The position numbers and the translations under genes are program-made. Of a stretch of DNA of 64,000 bases, positions 39,451 through 52,899 are shown piece after piece. The notes beneath the pieces are model-generated. The model saw nothing but the letters and a program-made list of their open reading frames with translations. It did no database searches and had not been told where the DNA came from. Location of the stretch: contig JAQGDQ010000017.1 of the NCBI GenBank assembly GCA_030141605.1, positions 558,001-622,000 on the forward strand, given 5' to 3'. The stretch is from Tubiluchus corallicola. Its lineage: Eukaryota; Animalia; Priapulida. Position 1 is the first letter of the stretch. Each line of letters opens with the position of its first letter.

Positions 39451-42368
39451 TAAATACTGAGGTTTCATTGTGAAATGCACTTCCCATGTATTCAAGCAAA
39501 GTGAATTCAATAAAAGAAAATTACCACTTTCAAGAAAAACTGTCATCTCTTCATTTTTAAGACTCAATTTTATAACTATTGTTGTAAAATCTTCAGTTTC
39601 TGACCACGTCAGTAACATTGTCAACTAATTGAAATTCATTAAAATTATTATATGTGTATATAAATAATTGGTGTAAGACAAATTAGGTCATTCAGGCTAT
39701 TCAAGTAATTGGTAAATTGTGTGCAAAAACTGAAAGAGACAAAGACGCATCTGACCCCAAACTAACCTGCCACTACTGAACGAACTACCTGTTCTATGAT
39801 ATCGAAGTACGCAGATTAATATACGAGTACTGTCTCATTTAGTTTATTACTTGCATGTACGTTGGGATAGGCGTTTTAAGATGTGGTTGGCTTTCAAAGC
39901 AATTACTTGTTTGATGAGGCTGCATGAGTGGTATGCTGGATATAGTTTAATAAAGAACACTGACCAAGTATATTAAAAGCAAGAGACTGGTGTATAGTAA
40001 GCTAGAGTTCGTGGTTGAATATGTGAAACCTAACTTTGCAGTTTTGCATCGTAATGGCTTAAGTTAAAATAGATTAACGTATAGCAAAACTCATTTACAA
40101 AAGATTGTTGATCTGTAAAGCCACATACCTAATCCTATCGAATTGGATTGTTAAAGCAAAAGTCTTTTGAAAAGTTGAGCTTATTTTAATATTTGAGAAA
40201 AATGTTAGAAAGTTTTAGCAATGAAACAGTGGTAAGCGCTCCGTGTAATTAGCAAATTAGTGTAATTTGAAGTTGCAATCACTTTGAGTTTGTGCGTTCA
40301 TTATCAAGTTTTTAGTTTGAAATGAATAAACTCTTGAAACTCTTGAAACACTTCTCCCACTAGGTGCTTGAGCGAACTTTTGCAGAGCTCTACAAACAAT
40401 CCAAAAATATTAAACATAAGATTATTATTATTATTTTTTGCTTTTTGATGTATCGTGTTGCTCACTATATAATGAAAACTAGTTACTGACGATAAATATC
40501 ATCTCCAACTTGGCTAGTTAATGCCTACAAAGTAACAGAGTAATTATTTTAACAAGCGAAAGCTGAAGTTTATAAGCTAAGTCAACTGCCCGGCACCTAC
40601 TGCATGCTCGCAGCCTCGCAAAATACCATGCTTAATTGTACATTATATTCTGTAGTACTTATATATTAATTCTGTCGATTAAAGCCATGTAAGCACTTTA
40701 AAGTTATTGCAAATTGATCTAATTTTTACATAAACATGGTTAAACACAAAGATTTAGTCAGCTAAAATGGTATAATTTCGGAGTGAATTGCAGAATTTTT
40801 GTGTGACTTCTTGCTGGCCACCAGCTGATGTCTGTTTTTTTTCAAATATGCCTCCAAGTGAGGTTCATTTTTGCAGAAGAAATTAATGTTTTAAATTGTC
40901 CAGTAAAATAAATTGTTCATTAAAACATAAATATTGTTCAAGGGTTGTTTTTTCCTTTAACATTTGATTTATTGATTTTACAAAACATCCAGTATATTAG
41001 AAGTCCTGCGAGTAGGGCATTGAAGCTTTTAAAGTAATTAAAGCTGAAGCATTTCACATTCAGGCAGCTTGATTTTAATAACAAGTGTTAGTGTGTTTGA
41101 GTGTAGATTGCATGTGCAATAATATGTACAGCTAAATTTAAAAACTGAATAAACTTATTAGCATAGCAGACTTGTATATCAGGTATTTACTTTATAGCCA
41201 TAGACTGTCTGACTTTTTTAACCATTTCACTACGGAAGGCGGCAGCTGCTGCCCAAGCTCAGCACTAAGCGCAGTTACCCAGGTCTGTTTATTTCACTGC
41301 TATGGCCATGCAAAAACATTGTAGAAAAGTTCAACAGCCATGGATTGTGATTGCTTTGCAACAAGTAACACTAGCCAGCCAATCAGCATCTGAAGCCAGG
41401 TGCATTCCACAATACTGCACTGTGTGGTATGTTCCCACGCAAAATGCTTGTTCATAGTTGATAAAACGTGTAAACTTAGTAATTTTTTCTGTATTCTTAT
41501 AATGTAATTACGTGTTATGGATTAGTAATATGACTTTTATGAAAATTGGCTTCTATAGTATGCGCTTATTTGTGTGGGTGTGTGCTGTGCGCGCATGCAT
41601 AAGTGCATATATGTGTGTGCATGTGTATAAATAAAACTAACATTCAATATTAGTGTATAATAACAAATGGTTATTTGTTTATTTACAAAATTCTGTTTTA
41701 GCAACACACCACAGGAAGTTATTGTCAAATGTGCAAAAGCCAATACGACCCTGTTAAAGACAACTACGTAGTGAAAGGGTTAAGCCGTAGACAGTTTTTT
41801 GTTACTGTAAATTAAACAAGGCCTTCAATTTTATAGCATCTAGTCTAACCTATTAGTTGTTACAAGTATATTTAAATTATCACATTTGCTTTTTTCATAC
41901 AGTTTAGCACACTGCAAGCTAGAACCCAACATTCTAGAGTCCACGGTCTACCTAACATTGATATTTGTAGCGAGACTGGACCGACTCATTATGAAGGCTA
42001 TGCCTCTAAGATTAACTGTATCTTACGTCATTTCGACTTATAAGCTATTCATCCTGCCTGATCGAGGTAAAAAGTCAGAATCAGCATGGAGAATAAAACG
42101 AGCAAGTGATGAACTTAAGTGGTCATGAGCCATTTACTGATTGGGTCAAAGTATATATTTTTGCATTTTATATGATGTGAAAAAGCCAAATTTCTGTTTA
42201 CTGACCAGGCTCAAAGTATATATTTTTTGTATTTTATATGATGCAAAAATGCTAAATTCTCCAGGTCAAATATGAAGGCACTATCTGGTGTTGATGTTTT
42301 GAAATATTTATAGTGTTTTTTATTTTTTTATAGATTTTCATTGAAAGAAAGTAAGAAAGGCATCTACC

Positions 42369-42501
42369 ATGAATTCTGCTGTAATTTTTCTAGTCACTTC
42401 CATATTTCTGTATCGTTACGTTGCTGCGCCGGGACCGAAATCTAAGTGGAGTCCGAGTTTCCCTGACTATATGCCACCCTTTGAAATTAATGTTGAAAAA
42501 T
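42369..42501 (+). CDS. Cadherin-like gene, first coding exon (signal peptide)
   Basis: ACCATG; MNSAVIFLVTSIFLYRYVAAPGPKSKWSPSFPDYMPPFEINVEK; upstream acceptor TTTTTTTATAG; donor GTAGGT, phase 1. Confidence 0.6.
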
Positions 42502-44580
42502 GTAGGTCACTTCTAAATTAATAGATTTACTCTCTAGCAAGCTTCTCACTTTTCCTCACAACTTGTCGTTTGGAGTTGGTTGTAGGTTGTAATCAGATTG
42601 GTGAGAAAGGAATCTTAATTCTCCACGAAAAGAAATAACAAGTGTCCAAGTAATTATTGACATCTTTCTGAAACAGCTTTTGAATTCTCAAGCATAGCTA
42701 GTATTTATAATCAATAAGCAAGTTTTTGGGATAGTTGTTGCAGAACTTTGTATACTGTAACATATTTTGGTTGTTATTAAAGCTTTAAAGATTTTACATT
42801 TTCATATAATATGAAAGAATTTTATGAAACAAAGATGTTTCTGCTTTGTTTCTGCATGGAAAGCAAAACAAACAATAATTGTATAATTATGTAACAGTTC
42901 TACATGTTTAAATACAAATTGTTGTAGATGCATTACGAATCATGCGTTACTTATTTTTAGTCTAATGAATTTAAGTGGTTATGTTTGCGTCCTTGCGCAG
43001 TCAAAAACCTTTCAGTGTTCTTACGAAGTTAAATGTGCACTTAACAATGTATCAAAAAAGCTTTTTAAACTGAATCGTCGCTAAACAGGGACTCATTTTA
43101 AACAAGGACCGTATTACTGCATTAAGTGTGACTTGTGCATCATTGCTGTTTTAGGGAGAGAAGAATATCGAGACAAACCATGGTGGGATTGTCGCCCAAC
43201 TGAGTTCACACAGTTATTCGAGGCCTGGAAGTTCAAGAAAGGTAACTTATAATAAATTAATGTAATATCTGAGGCCAGACACATCTTCAGATACATCTGG
43301 TGACAACTCTGTTTTTTTTAATTAGGCTGTATTAAATAGTTATTATTGTAATGACAGAAACATTTTCAACATAAGTTAATACCACTGAAGTACTTTATTG
43401 TAACAAATATCAGCACAGAAATGTTCTATTTAAGTAGATTAATTTGACTGTTTACTGCAGCAGTAATTAAACAGACAGGTGACTGACAGGTAACTGACTG
43501 AAAGCTGGTTGAAACTAAAAGGTTTACATTGCTGCCACAGATGGCGCAACATACATGAATTTATAAGCAGATTAACAAAAAGCATGCAGCTAAGTCTGCT
43601 ACAGTCATAGTACTTCAAGTAATAGATTAGATTAGATTTTATTCATCTCATTTAAAATTATACGCGTATAATAATATACAATGTTTCTTTAAGATGATAA
43701 AGACCACATTGAGACTGGGTGCTGTAAGACCTATCAGCCACCCCTATTTGTCCATCATTAATATTTATTTAGTCAATCAAGTGACACTTAGTACCCTGTT
43801 GCGAGACATGTTTAATAAATATAAGTATTGTAAATTTATAATAAAAATTATGTTAGTAACTAAAAAAAGGCATACTTGTTATCAATATCTAAATTACTTA
43901 AAACCTTTTGTCAGTGTATGCAAAATAATCGATAAACTAAAATGAAAATACATTACACAATTATAACAGACATAGCGCAGTAGCACAAGACTTTAAAACT
44001 TGATAAACAGACAAATCAAACAGGTCAAAAAATCAATCACAGTTTCACAACATTGACAACATTTACAACAATTGCATAATGATTTGCAACAATTACTTAA
44101 TGATTATACACCTAGTCATATATTTATTATTGCATACAACATTGCTATTTTTAAGGGTATTGTCGTAACAGTGGTAATGATAACATATTAAAATAAGAAT
44201 GTTGTAAGTTATAGTACTGCATTATATCTAATCGCTATTATGCATTAGAAGTTTGCATATTATGATGCAATAAACTCTGTAATATAGTAAGGGCTTGTTA
44301 GTATTAAGTTATTAACCCAATTTATTCTGTAGCAGAAATATAACAAAATAATCGGACATTTTTGACTGGCAAGAGTATCAACTCAAATCGAGGACCTTAA
44401 TTAAAATAGGTTTCTGCACAGACGTACAAGCTCTATATAGACACACAGCAGCTTTCATTGTAAGACATCTCATTTAATAATACACGCACGCACACACGCA
44501 CACACATACACACACACACACATTTATTCCAAGCTATTCCTTGTTTATTCCTATTATTTTTGTTTTTGCTGATTTTCTAG

Positions 44581-44768
44581 GCGATTCAGTAAAACTGGAT
44601 GAGGGTTTGACGATACTCACAAGGAAAATGAGACCTTATCGTGAGAGATTTTTCACATTAGGAGCGCCTTTTTATGGGGAGACTAAATTTAATCCGCCAC
44701 AAGCTAAAGATCTTTTTAAGATCACTGACAAAGTGTTTCTTGTCCTTCAGCAGGATCTATTAGAATGG
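44581..44768 (+). CDS. Cadherin-like gene, exon 2
   Basis: TTTTCTAG acceptor, TGG|GTAAGT donor; open frame DSVKLDEG..DLFKITDKVFLVLQQDLLEW, phase 1 to 0. Confidence 0.65.
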
Positions 44769-45729
44769 GTAAGTAATTTTTGATCCTGACGCAAGTGTGG
44801 GAAGTGGAAACCCTAACGCTTGGTCAAGTTGTTGTTGATTGTTGCTGTTGCTATCAAAATTCCTAATTCTTTAAATTTTGTTTGTGTATAAAATAAGTTT
44901 TTTGCTTTATTGTTTGCAAGAGTGTTGTTTAATTAGTTCCAGTTTTTACCAGAGCTAATCTGTATGGAAAATAAACGTCTTTCTTCTTTGTCGTGTGTTA
45001 GGGAAATTATAGTTCTTTTTTTTGTGTAATACCATTTAATTGTACATCTTACAAGTCTTAAACACTTGAGCACCTAAACATGTCTCGAACTTCAAAACGA
45101 CACTGCACTATGTCATAAACTTGTGAAACTTCTCATTATGTATTGTTTGCTCTTAGGGTGTGGGAGCTTTTAAGCTATTTGAGTGAAGGTTTTTTGTACC
45201 TAAAGAAAGTTGACAAAAAGCATATTATTAATATTTCATGGATCTTCACTGCGGAGGTAAATAAAAGCAAAGAACGAATGATTAAAACATCACAATGCAA
45301 TTACTTATTTACAACATGTTGAAGTGCAATGATAAATATGTTAGATGCCATGCTGAGTTACAGTCATAAATGTTAGTAATAATTTCTCGATTTATCAGTG
45401 CACATTTTCGTACTATGTAAGTACTCTCTATAACATGTTAGCAATTGTTATAACATGGAAAAAACCTGTTCCAACCATTTCAAGTGCCAGACAATTTTTT
45501 CCCAGGGTCTACTTTCTGCCTACACTCTTATACACTACCATATGCATTCAGATAATTACGTAGTTAATGAGGCGATGACAGTAGTAATTCATTTGGCTTT
45601 AAAGTTATTCATTACAAGTAAGCTACAGAAGTTTACATTCCTTTCACCCAATTTACACGAAAATGTGTAAAGAACTACTGCACTAGCAGGCTGTGCTATT
45701 TTCACTACCTTCTTCAGGGAATTAAAGAA

Positions 45730-46097
45730 TTTCATGAGACTAACTCAAATGGCAGCTCAGGCATGTTGCATTGAGAAAGTTTGTCACAGCTCACGAGTAG
45801 TAAGGAACGACTGCATCTTGCTGAAAATCTACATTGTTAATACTGAGATAATAGTGTGGTCCATGTGATGCTGTGAATTTCCGGTGAACTTCAGTTGTTG
45901 TTCGAAAGGCCTCATGCCAGGCTGATTTTGTACCTCATTTCTAACATTACTGTCATTGTCATAGCAATGTGGTTCCGGGCAAAAAAAATTATCAAAGGCC
46001 CCATTTGTTTCATGCAAGAGCTTGCTGAGATTGCAGAAAATTTTAAAGAGAAAATGTGAAATCAAAGTGTATAGTGATATTTTTAGACACCCTATGT
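45730..46097 (-). mobile_element. Highly decayed, internally deleted Tc1/mariner transposon remnant
   Basis: Terminus-like TACATAGGGTGTCTAAAA; fragments WHEAFRTTTEVHRKF (N-terminal HTH-like) and FQQDAVVPYYS*AVTNFLN (compare FQQDGAPPH). Confidence 0.45.
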
Positions 46098-46251
46098 ATA
46101 CTTAAAGCAAAAGAAAACCCTCCACTTACATAAATCTTAAAGAATTTGTTTTGCAGTTTTATACAGCTTACGTGCTACCCTTTTGCATGCAGGGCCTGTA
46201 TCGGCCGCAACGTTGTATAAAACTTGTAAATTTAAACTCCCGAGATGACCG

Positions 46252-46747
46252 TTAAGCACAGCCATTTTGGTGGCAGGTTATTTAAAACAAGGTTAGATAA
46301 CACTAAGTAAAGTTTGAAAAAATAATCAGAGCATTCGTAGAATACATGTTGCAAACTAAGTAAAATTTAAAATTACTGTATCTTATCAATAAGATTACAA
46401 ATACGTTTTTGGCTAGAGAATGGCGCACTCTGGAGGGTGAGTCAGCGACATTTTACCAATTGGCGCAAACATTTTAATTAAATTTTTAGTTGCATAAGTC
46501 TTTGCAGTAGGTAAGCGAAATGCTAAGAAATGTAGATTTGCATGGAAAGTTTTTTGGGACATAAATTTAACATTGCCTTTTTTCTCCTGATTTGTCTCCT
46601 GATGACATCATGTAATATCAGCATCAGAACAGAACAGATCAAACAAAAAAATTTTTAATTCGAGAACGACGCATTGCTGTAAAATTGTTGTAAAATAGTA
46701 TGATTTTTTAAGGCAATTTTCTGAAGCCTACTTTTCTTGATCTTTAA
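46252..46747 (+). mobile_element. Dispersed repeat family B, copy 2
   Basis: Homologous to 34883-35417; begins at TTAAG and ends at CTTTAA. Confidence 0.8.
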
Positions 46748-46812
46748 GTTAGTACTACTGTATTTTGTTTCATTATGTTATTTGGAAAAATCTAAACTTT
46801 AGCTGATTTCAG

Positions 46813-46914
46813 GTTGAAACTTACAATTACACATTCAACAAGATCGAGTTTGAGATGAGGTGTGTTGAAAGTATATTCTTTATGCTCAGAGCACCGAATA
46901 TGTTGTACGATTGG
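46813..46914 (+). CDS. Cadherin-like gene, candidate exon 3
   Basis: TTTCAG acceptor; VETYNYTFNKIEFEMRCVESIFFMLRAPNMLYDW; donor uncertain (46914 GTATTA or 46859 GTGTGT). Confidence 0.4.
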
Positions 46915-47383
46915 GTATTACCTTACGTATATTTTTACTTATTTCACACTTCTTCATTACATGGCATTTGTTTTAAGTGACTTCCTGACAAGTGTCACTT
47001 AAACAAATTAAGTTAGAAGTCAACATAAACCTTTATAGTGATTTAGTTAGAATTTCATGCAATATTTGGACTTTCTTTTTTAATTACTCTGTTAGAAGAT
47101 AAAATAAATTTAAAATTTTACGATAATAAGTTTATTGATGAATACAGTACAGTGCAATACAGTACAAAGTAATAAAACACGGTATACAAAGACAATAAAC
47201 CTAAACGTTTGGGTTTAGCAATAAAAATTCAAAGTAACAATCAAAATTTTATATTCGCTTCTTAAGCCTTCTATTGTTATTGTCATTAATGTACAAAGGT
47301 GTTAGCCTGTTTTTTGCATTTGAAAAAAAGTGAAAGTATAACACTGATAACAATATTTATAGCTGTATCTGTGCTTGCAAACG

Positions 47384-48073
47384 AAAACCGTCCACAAGTC
47401 GGCATAAGTCCATAAGTTGGCATAGTTAAAACTACGTTATGATGCTTCAAAGTAGAATGCACCAAAATTTTAATCTAATGTTAATTTTTTGTTTTTTATA
47501 AAAAGAAATGCTAAATATATCGGACTATTATATTCTAGCATTAAATTATCAAGAAAATGTCCAAAAATACTAAAAATTTAATTTTACATCTTGTGCCCAT
47601 TCTCTGTCTAGAAACTAGTACTACAATTGTAAAAACGTGTATTTTCAAACTCTGATAGTAGCTCGTGGCAGCAGTCATTTTGCTTCAGGTTTTTTCTGTT
47701 GACAAACCCAAATCTTCGTCAGGAAGAGCCATCTAGTGGATTTAAACATAACTTCAGTGTGCTCTTGCAATTGCACGAAACTTGTATTTGCAAACTCCGA
47801 TAGTAGCTCATGACAGCATATTAGCAACCACACTTGTGCTATTGCTAAATGTTTTGTAAAGATGCGACAAAAAAGCAATGGCTGACTTTAATAGCGATTT
47901 TCTCGAGGTTATATTTTTCAATGCACAGCCTCAACTTCCAAGTGGATTATTTCAGCTTAGAAATAACATAGAGCGATGAGCTTGGTATCAAAATTATACT
48001 CATGAAATAGAGATTCGGGGCAATTGAATAACTAGAAAAAGTTGATTACCGACTTATGGACGATTTTGCACTG
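47384..48073. mobile_element. Probable Tc1/mariner-type MITE, left end damaged
   Basis: AAAACCGTCCACAAGTCGGCA at the left; right end reverse complement CAGTGCAAAATCGTCCATAAGTCGGTA. Confidence 0.5.
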
Positions 48074-48473
48074 GAAGCACACATATGGTTCTGTCTGAAT
48101 ATTATATAGATTAGTTAGGTAAAGTTTACAATTCCCCACACAAAAGAAATTAGTTCATGACGCACACATTAGAATTAGGATTGGGGTTAGGTTTAGTTTA
48201 TTGTGTAAGCTTTTTTACTGTAAAACTTGTTTCCTTGTTTTATCACTTCATTTTTAGCGATATTAAATTTGAAGAAGTGCCATTTTTCGTTGCACAAGAT
48301 GAATGACATTATGAGTACAATACCATCACGAGGTCACCAAAGATAGGTAAACGAACATCTGTAACCAAAGGCACTCTCTGTACCTCGTATGTCATTCTCG
48401 CTCTTTCGTGCCAAAGAGGAACATGGCAATCTTTACGGTAATGCACGCGTTTGAAGTTCGCCAGGAAAAAGTA

Positions 48474-48928
48474 CCGTATTTTCCCGTGTATAAGAGACCC
48501 TTTTTTGCTCAGAATTTTCACTTTAAAAATAGGGGGTCTCTTATACATGGGAGTAAGTCTTTTCAATAAGATGCATAAATTGTGACACTAATGATTTTAA
48601 AGAAATAAGTGCTCTACAACTGTTTTGCGTGTCGCGTTCGACTATGAAGCGGTTGTAAGCAATACAAGCATCGTGACACAGGCATTATCTCCTCGTTTCC
48701 TCTTTTCCTGTTACAGGTTTGCAGGTACGCACTTTAATATATACCAGTACTCTTTTTCTACAACACATTAACTGGTTTTATTTTGTTTTCAGTACCGCAC
48801 TGAGTTGAAAAAAGTTGTACTCTACCCTCTAAAAATGTCCGTCTGAAAAAACTTTTTTCCAGAATTTTTGCCTAAAAATTGAAGGGGTCTCTTATGCACA
48901 AGGGTCTCTTATACACGGGAAAATACGG
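48474..48928. mobile_element. Young Tc1/mariner (pogo-like) MITE
   Basis: Perfect 28-bp TIR CCGTATTTTCCCGTGTATAAGAGACCCT, TA on both sides, internal GGGTCTCTTAT repeats. Confidence 0.92.
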
Positions 48929-49481
48929 TAAGTTATTTAATTTATAATTTTCTTTTGTTTAATAATAACTAAGAATTCTCTGAGTAATCATAACAATGTG
49001 TTAAAGAAACTTCAATGTCTGTAGGGATTATGTAGGCCTTTAATTAACAGTTTTATCTGTTGTTTTTTGTAAGGTTTCTTGCCCGCAAGATATAGTCACC
49101 ACAGTTGATTATTTAGTAAATACTAAAAGAAACGTTTATTAAATGAACATCAGATTAGATAAGAATTCAGTTCCTGTAGTAATCTCAGTAATGTTAGTAA
49201 TTGAAAACATTAACATGTTAACCATAGATTAGAGTGCCGTTAAACGTTATTTCTTTAGAGCTATTATTTTGTTTAGATAATTGTGCCAAAGCCTGTCGTG
49301 ATAAAACTAGACTTCAATCATTCTCGTCCGTCATTTGTTAAGGGGCGAAGTCATCACTTGAAAATAAGTGAGGTGAGGTTTCATGATTTTTCCATCTTAG
49401 AGGAGAGAACTAGTCACTCAGCATGTTGGGTTTATTTTTCTGTTGTTGTTTAAAGTTAGAAAAATATAACAAACAAATTTG

Positions 49482-49617
49482 AAAAGAATTGACTATAAAA
49501 CATAAATCTAATAATTATGTGGTATCTGGATTTATATATTGTATGTATATTACATATATAAAATCCAAAAACCACTGAAATTAATTATTAGATTTATGCT
49601 TTATAGTCAGTTCTTTT
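49482..49617. repeat. 136-bp imperfect palindrome (hairpin)
   Basis: AAAAGAATTGACTATAAAACATAAATCTAATAATTA pairs with TAATTATTAGATTTATGCTTTATAGTCAGTTCTTTT; inner stem TGGATTTATATAT / ATATATAAATCCA. Confidence 0.85.
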
Positions 49618-50130
49618 ATATATATATACAGCTCCAACGACGGTACCATTTTTGCGGTCTATATATCAGACGAAATTGTCTCGATGTAGTGTCATTTCAT
49701 TGATGGTTTATTTTTTGAATTGGGCCCATCAGGAAGAACGAGGGGGGGCAAAAAACCTTCAAAACCTCGCCTTTTTTCGCCCGTTTTTTGCAAAACTTAT
49801 ACCTCCTATTTCTGGAGAACGGGAACGGGAACGGTGACAGGGTCGATGCTTATAATGGTTAGACAGCCCGTTCGAGGAGTGGGTGTTATAGTCATATTTG
49901 GATTTTGCGAGAGGACCATGGATCCCGTAAAACGGGAGTTTTTCCCAGTCCAACTCCAAATTTTTTGAACATTTTGGCCAAACAGCCTGTAGAAAATACG
50001 TTCTAGCGGTGTCTGGTGGAACTCTCAGAAGAAGATATATAGCTCATTAGAAAGAGTAGAAACAGGGCTACACAATGGTGTGGGTTACACGTTAGGATGC
50101 CTCCGCCAAGGGGAGTGGCGACGAGTTGAT
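49618..50130 (-). mobile_element. Dispersed repeat family C, copy 2
   Basis: Reverse-complement homolog of 36630-37392, starting at a (TA)n run; right boundary approximate. Confidence 0.7.
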
Positions 50131-51560
50131 TAGATGTTTTGTTTTTGGCAATTCTCGCTTGCTGAAGCTTCCTGAAATTTGCTGAAGCTAAAGTGACATT
50201 TGCATTCTTCTGACGTCATTCCATTGTATTCTGCCTATAACTTCATTTCAGTAAAAGTTGCTGCTGGCTCTGCGTTAGGCAATTAATAAACAAACGCTAG
50301 TAGGATGTTCGCGCATTATTGATTATAAGTGCATTTATATGCAAAATGTTTTGTGGGGCATTTGCTAGTTTAAAATATACTACCTATAGAAATAGAAATT
50401 TGCAGGCGCAGTGGTTGTCACCATTCACCTGAAAATCATGAACTGGGAGACTTCGTAAATAGATGTGGCTATTTACATTTTTTTAAATAATTTACATCTC
50501 TTAACAATTGAGCAAAGTATTATATATCATTCATTGTTCATAAGTTATTGGATATAAGTTAAATTGCATTTTCTGCCATTTTTTATGTTTGCTCATATGC
50601 TAGCTTTATAGTTTCCGGAAAGTCACTGTTGTTATAACTATTAAGATTAGTATGTACAGTCTACTGCTTTTTTACGTCTTGTTGAATTATAAGAACATGC
50701 ATTGAACTATTCAATTGACTAGGATTTATTAAACAAGTTTCTTGAAGTTCGTGAAGAAGTCTATGGTTCTTTGATAAAGCTGGAATTTCTTTAATCTGTT
50801 TGATTGACAATAAAAATGCCAAAATCTTTAGCTCTAATGTTAAAGAAAAGCTAGATGGTTTTTCATATTCTGTCCCATTCCAAAGTACAGCTAAAATTTT
50901 ACTTTTTAACACCTATAACAATGCCAAAGTTTTTCTGATAATTAAATAACCTGTTAAAAATTTAAATAACATCTGGTGAGTGCATTTAGTGATGACGTCA
51001 CAGCTAAACATGATATTCAACAGCAAAACATTGCACATGTTTGCAAAAACGGAAATTGAAGTACAGTGCTACTGTACAGAATTCCGTGTAATATACAAAA
51101 ACTCAGCAAATTTTATGTTTAAAAATTTAAATTCTAAGTTCACTGCTGTGCTAATGCTTGAGCTCTCGAATGTGAGCGCACTACATCACAACAAACTGAC
51201 AAGTACAGTGGCTGTTTGTTTGCGAAACACGTTTCTTTGAGGCAGGTGCTGTGCACATCTATCTAGCAAATGACGAAATGCATGTAACTTGGCGTGAATG
51301 CGCCATCATTTCTTTCATGCGAGTCTCAGTTAAGAAAAATAATAATGTCTTCCTTTAATATTTTATGCATTAGGTTATTTTACTATGCTTTAAAATTTGG
51401 TTCTGTTGCCCTTTACACTCAAAAAATCATTGCTTATTTTTCAAGTACCAGTACAAATTTTATTAAATTAAATTTAATTTGACTTGATTTAACTAAGGAA
51501 AAATGTAGGTTCTATTGCAGACATTTAATGTACTACCTGTCATCACCTTTGTGATTTTAG

Positions 51561-51728
51561 GATAAGGCTAAACTCTCAAAATCTAATTCTAAGAGATTGA
51601 GAGGGGCTGTACTTGGAGAAGAGTATGAGAATCTGGAATTTTCTGCAGCCATCTACCATGCCTGGCTGGATCAATCCACGAAAAATTGGACATCAGGACA
51701 TGTTCAAGATGTTCATGGTAAAAAGTGG
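51561..51728 (+). CDS. Cadherin-like gene exon
   Basis: TTTTAG acceptor, TGG|GTAAGG donor; DKAKLSKSNSKRLRGAVLGEEYENLEFSAAIYHAWLDQ.. (F-x4-Y cadherin strand-A-like); phase 0-0. Confidence 0.7.
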
Positions 51729-52843
51729 GTAAGGGTTTTTGTAATAATAAGTCACCAATAATTATTGATTTTATTTGCTCGCGTGTATGTGGTTTGAAAG
51801 TTTATAATTGCTGAAATATCCATTTAGGTTACACCTCTTAGTTAGCACCGATGAGACACTCATAATGTACATTGCATGTGTTGTGAAGCATCACAAGAGG
51901 GATCCGCTACATTTATTCATTTTTTACGTGACTTGAAGATTTCCGGTTTTGCTTGTTTAGGCTCGCTTTCGTGTAACAGATAAAAACTGCTGTTTATAAA
52001 GTCCAGCTTACAGTGCTGTTCTGTCTACTCAACAAAACACCCATTAACATTTCCCAACATGGTTTTTGACTCATGTAGCAGTATTAAAGTTACATAATAG
52101 TAAGTAAGTCCTCACCTAACGACTTCCCATTTTAACGACATTTGACACCTTTTCTTCATTGAAAGATACACGTTTCATTTTACCATATTTCAAATTTTTT
52201 CAGCAAATTTTTTACCATATTTCAAATTTTTTCAACAAATTTTTTACCATATTTGAAACATTAGAACTGTACTTACTGCATTATTCTGTTCTAAAAATGC
52301 GCAAGTAATGTAAAACAGTACACTTATTATATGTTTTTGCTTCCCGGCTAGCCGTTTGAGCATCTCTTTGCGATGTATTTGCTTCCAGGCACCTGAGTTC
52401 AAAATTTATGTGAAACAGTTTTGCCCATAACCTGTTCTTTTTGCAACCAGACTGAGTATCTAGATGAAATTGTTTCAAGGTCGCCACAGTGCTTGGGTTG
52501 TACTATGCAATGTTTAACCACTAAGTGTGTATGGCATAACATTTACAAAAACGAAACAGCTAGCTCTAGGTATTGGTATGAAAGATCGGGAGTTTCAAGC
52601 AAGCAAAAGAAATTAATCAGTAGAAATATGAAATAAAACGTTTAAATTATATGTTTAAAGCAGTCTTGATTTCTGCTCCTGGAACGTATTTCAACTTTTT
52701 TACATTTCTGTGAAAGTCTTGGTTTCGTTTAATGCTGTTTCACTTAATATCATGTTTTGCTGGAACACATTAGCATCGTTAAACGAAGACTTACTGTGCC
52801 AAGCTTTTAGCAACACTGTCCATGGAGACCTTTGTATGCTGAC

Positions 52844-52899
<56 letters not shown>

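Noticed and set aside
39151-39624. 157-aa minus-strand ORF
   Set aside because: Non-ATG start, overlaps an interspersed repeat, no recognisable domain.
43621-43750. (TAGAT)n run with TTTATT and a short stem-loop, like a LINE 3' end; similar traces near 4660-5100 and 54220-54440
   Set aside because: Too decayed to assign a family or boundaries by eye.
48304-48306. In-frame TGA as selenocysteine
   Set aside because: No redox motif, no SECIS recognised, and the exon itself is unproven.
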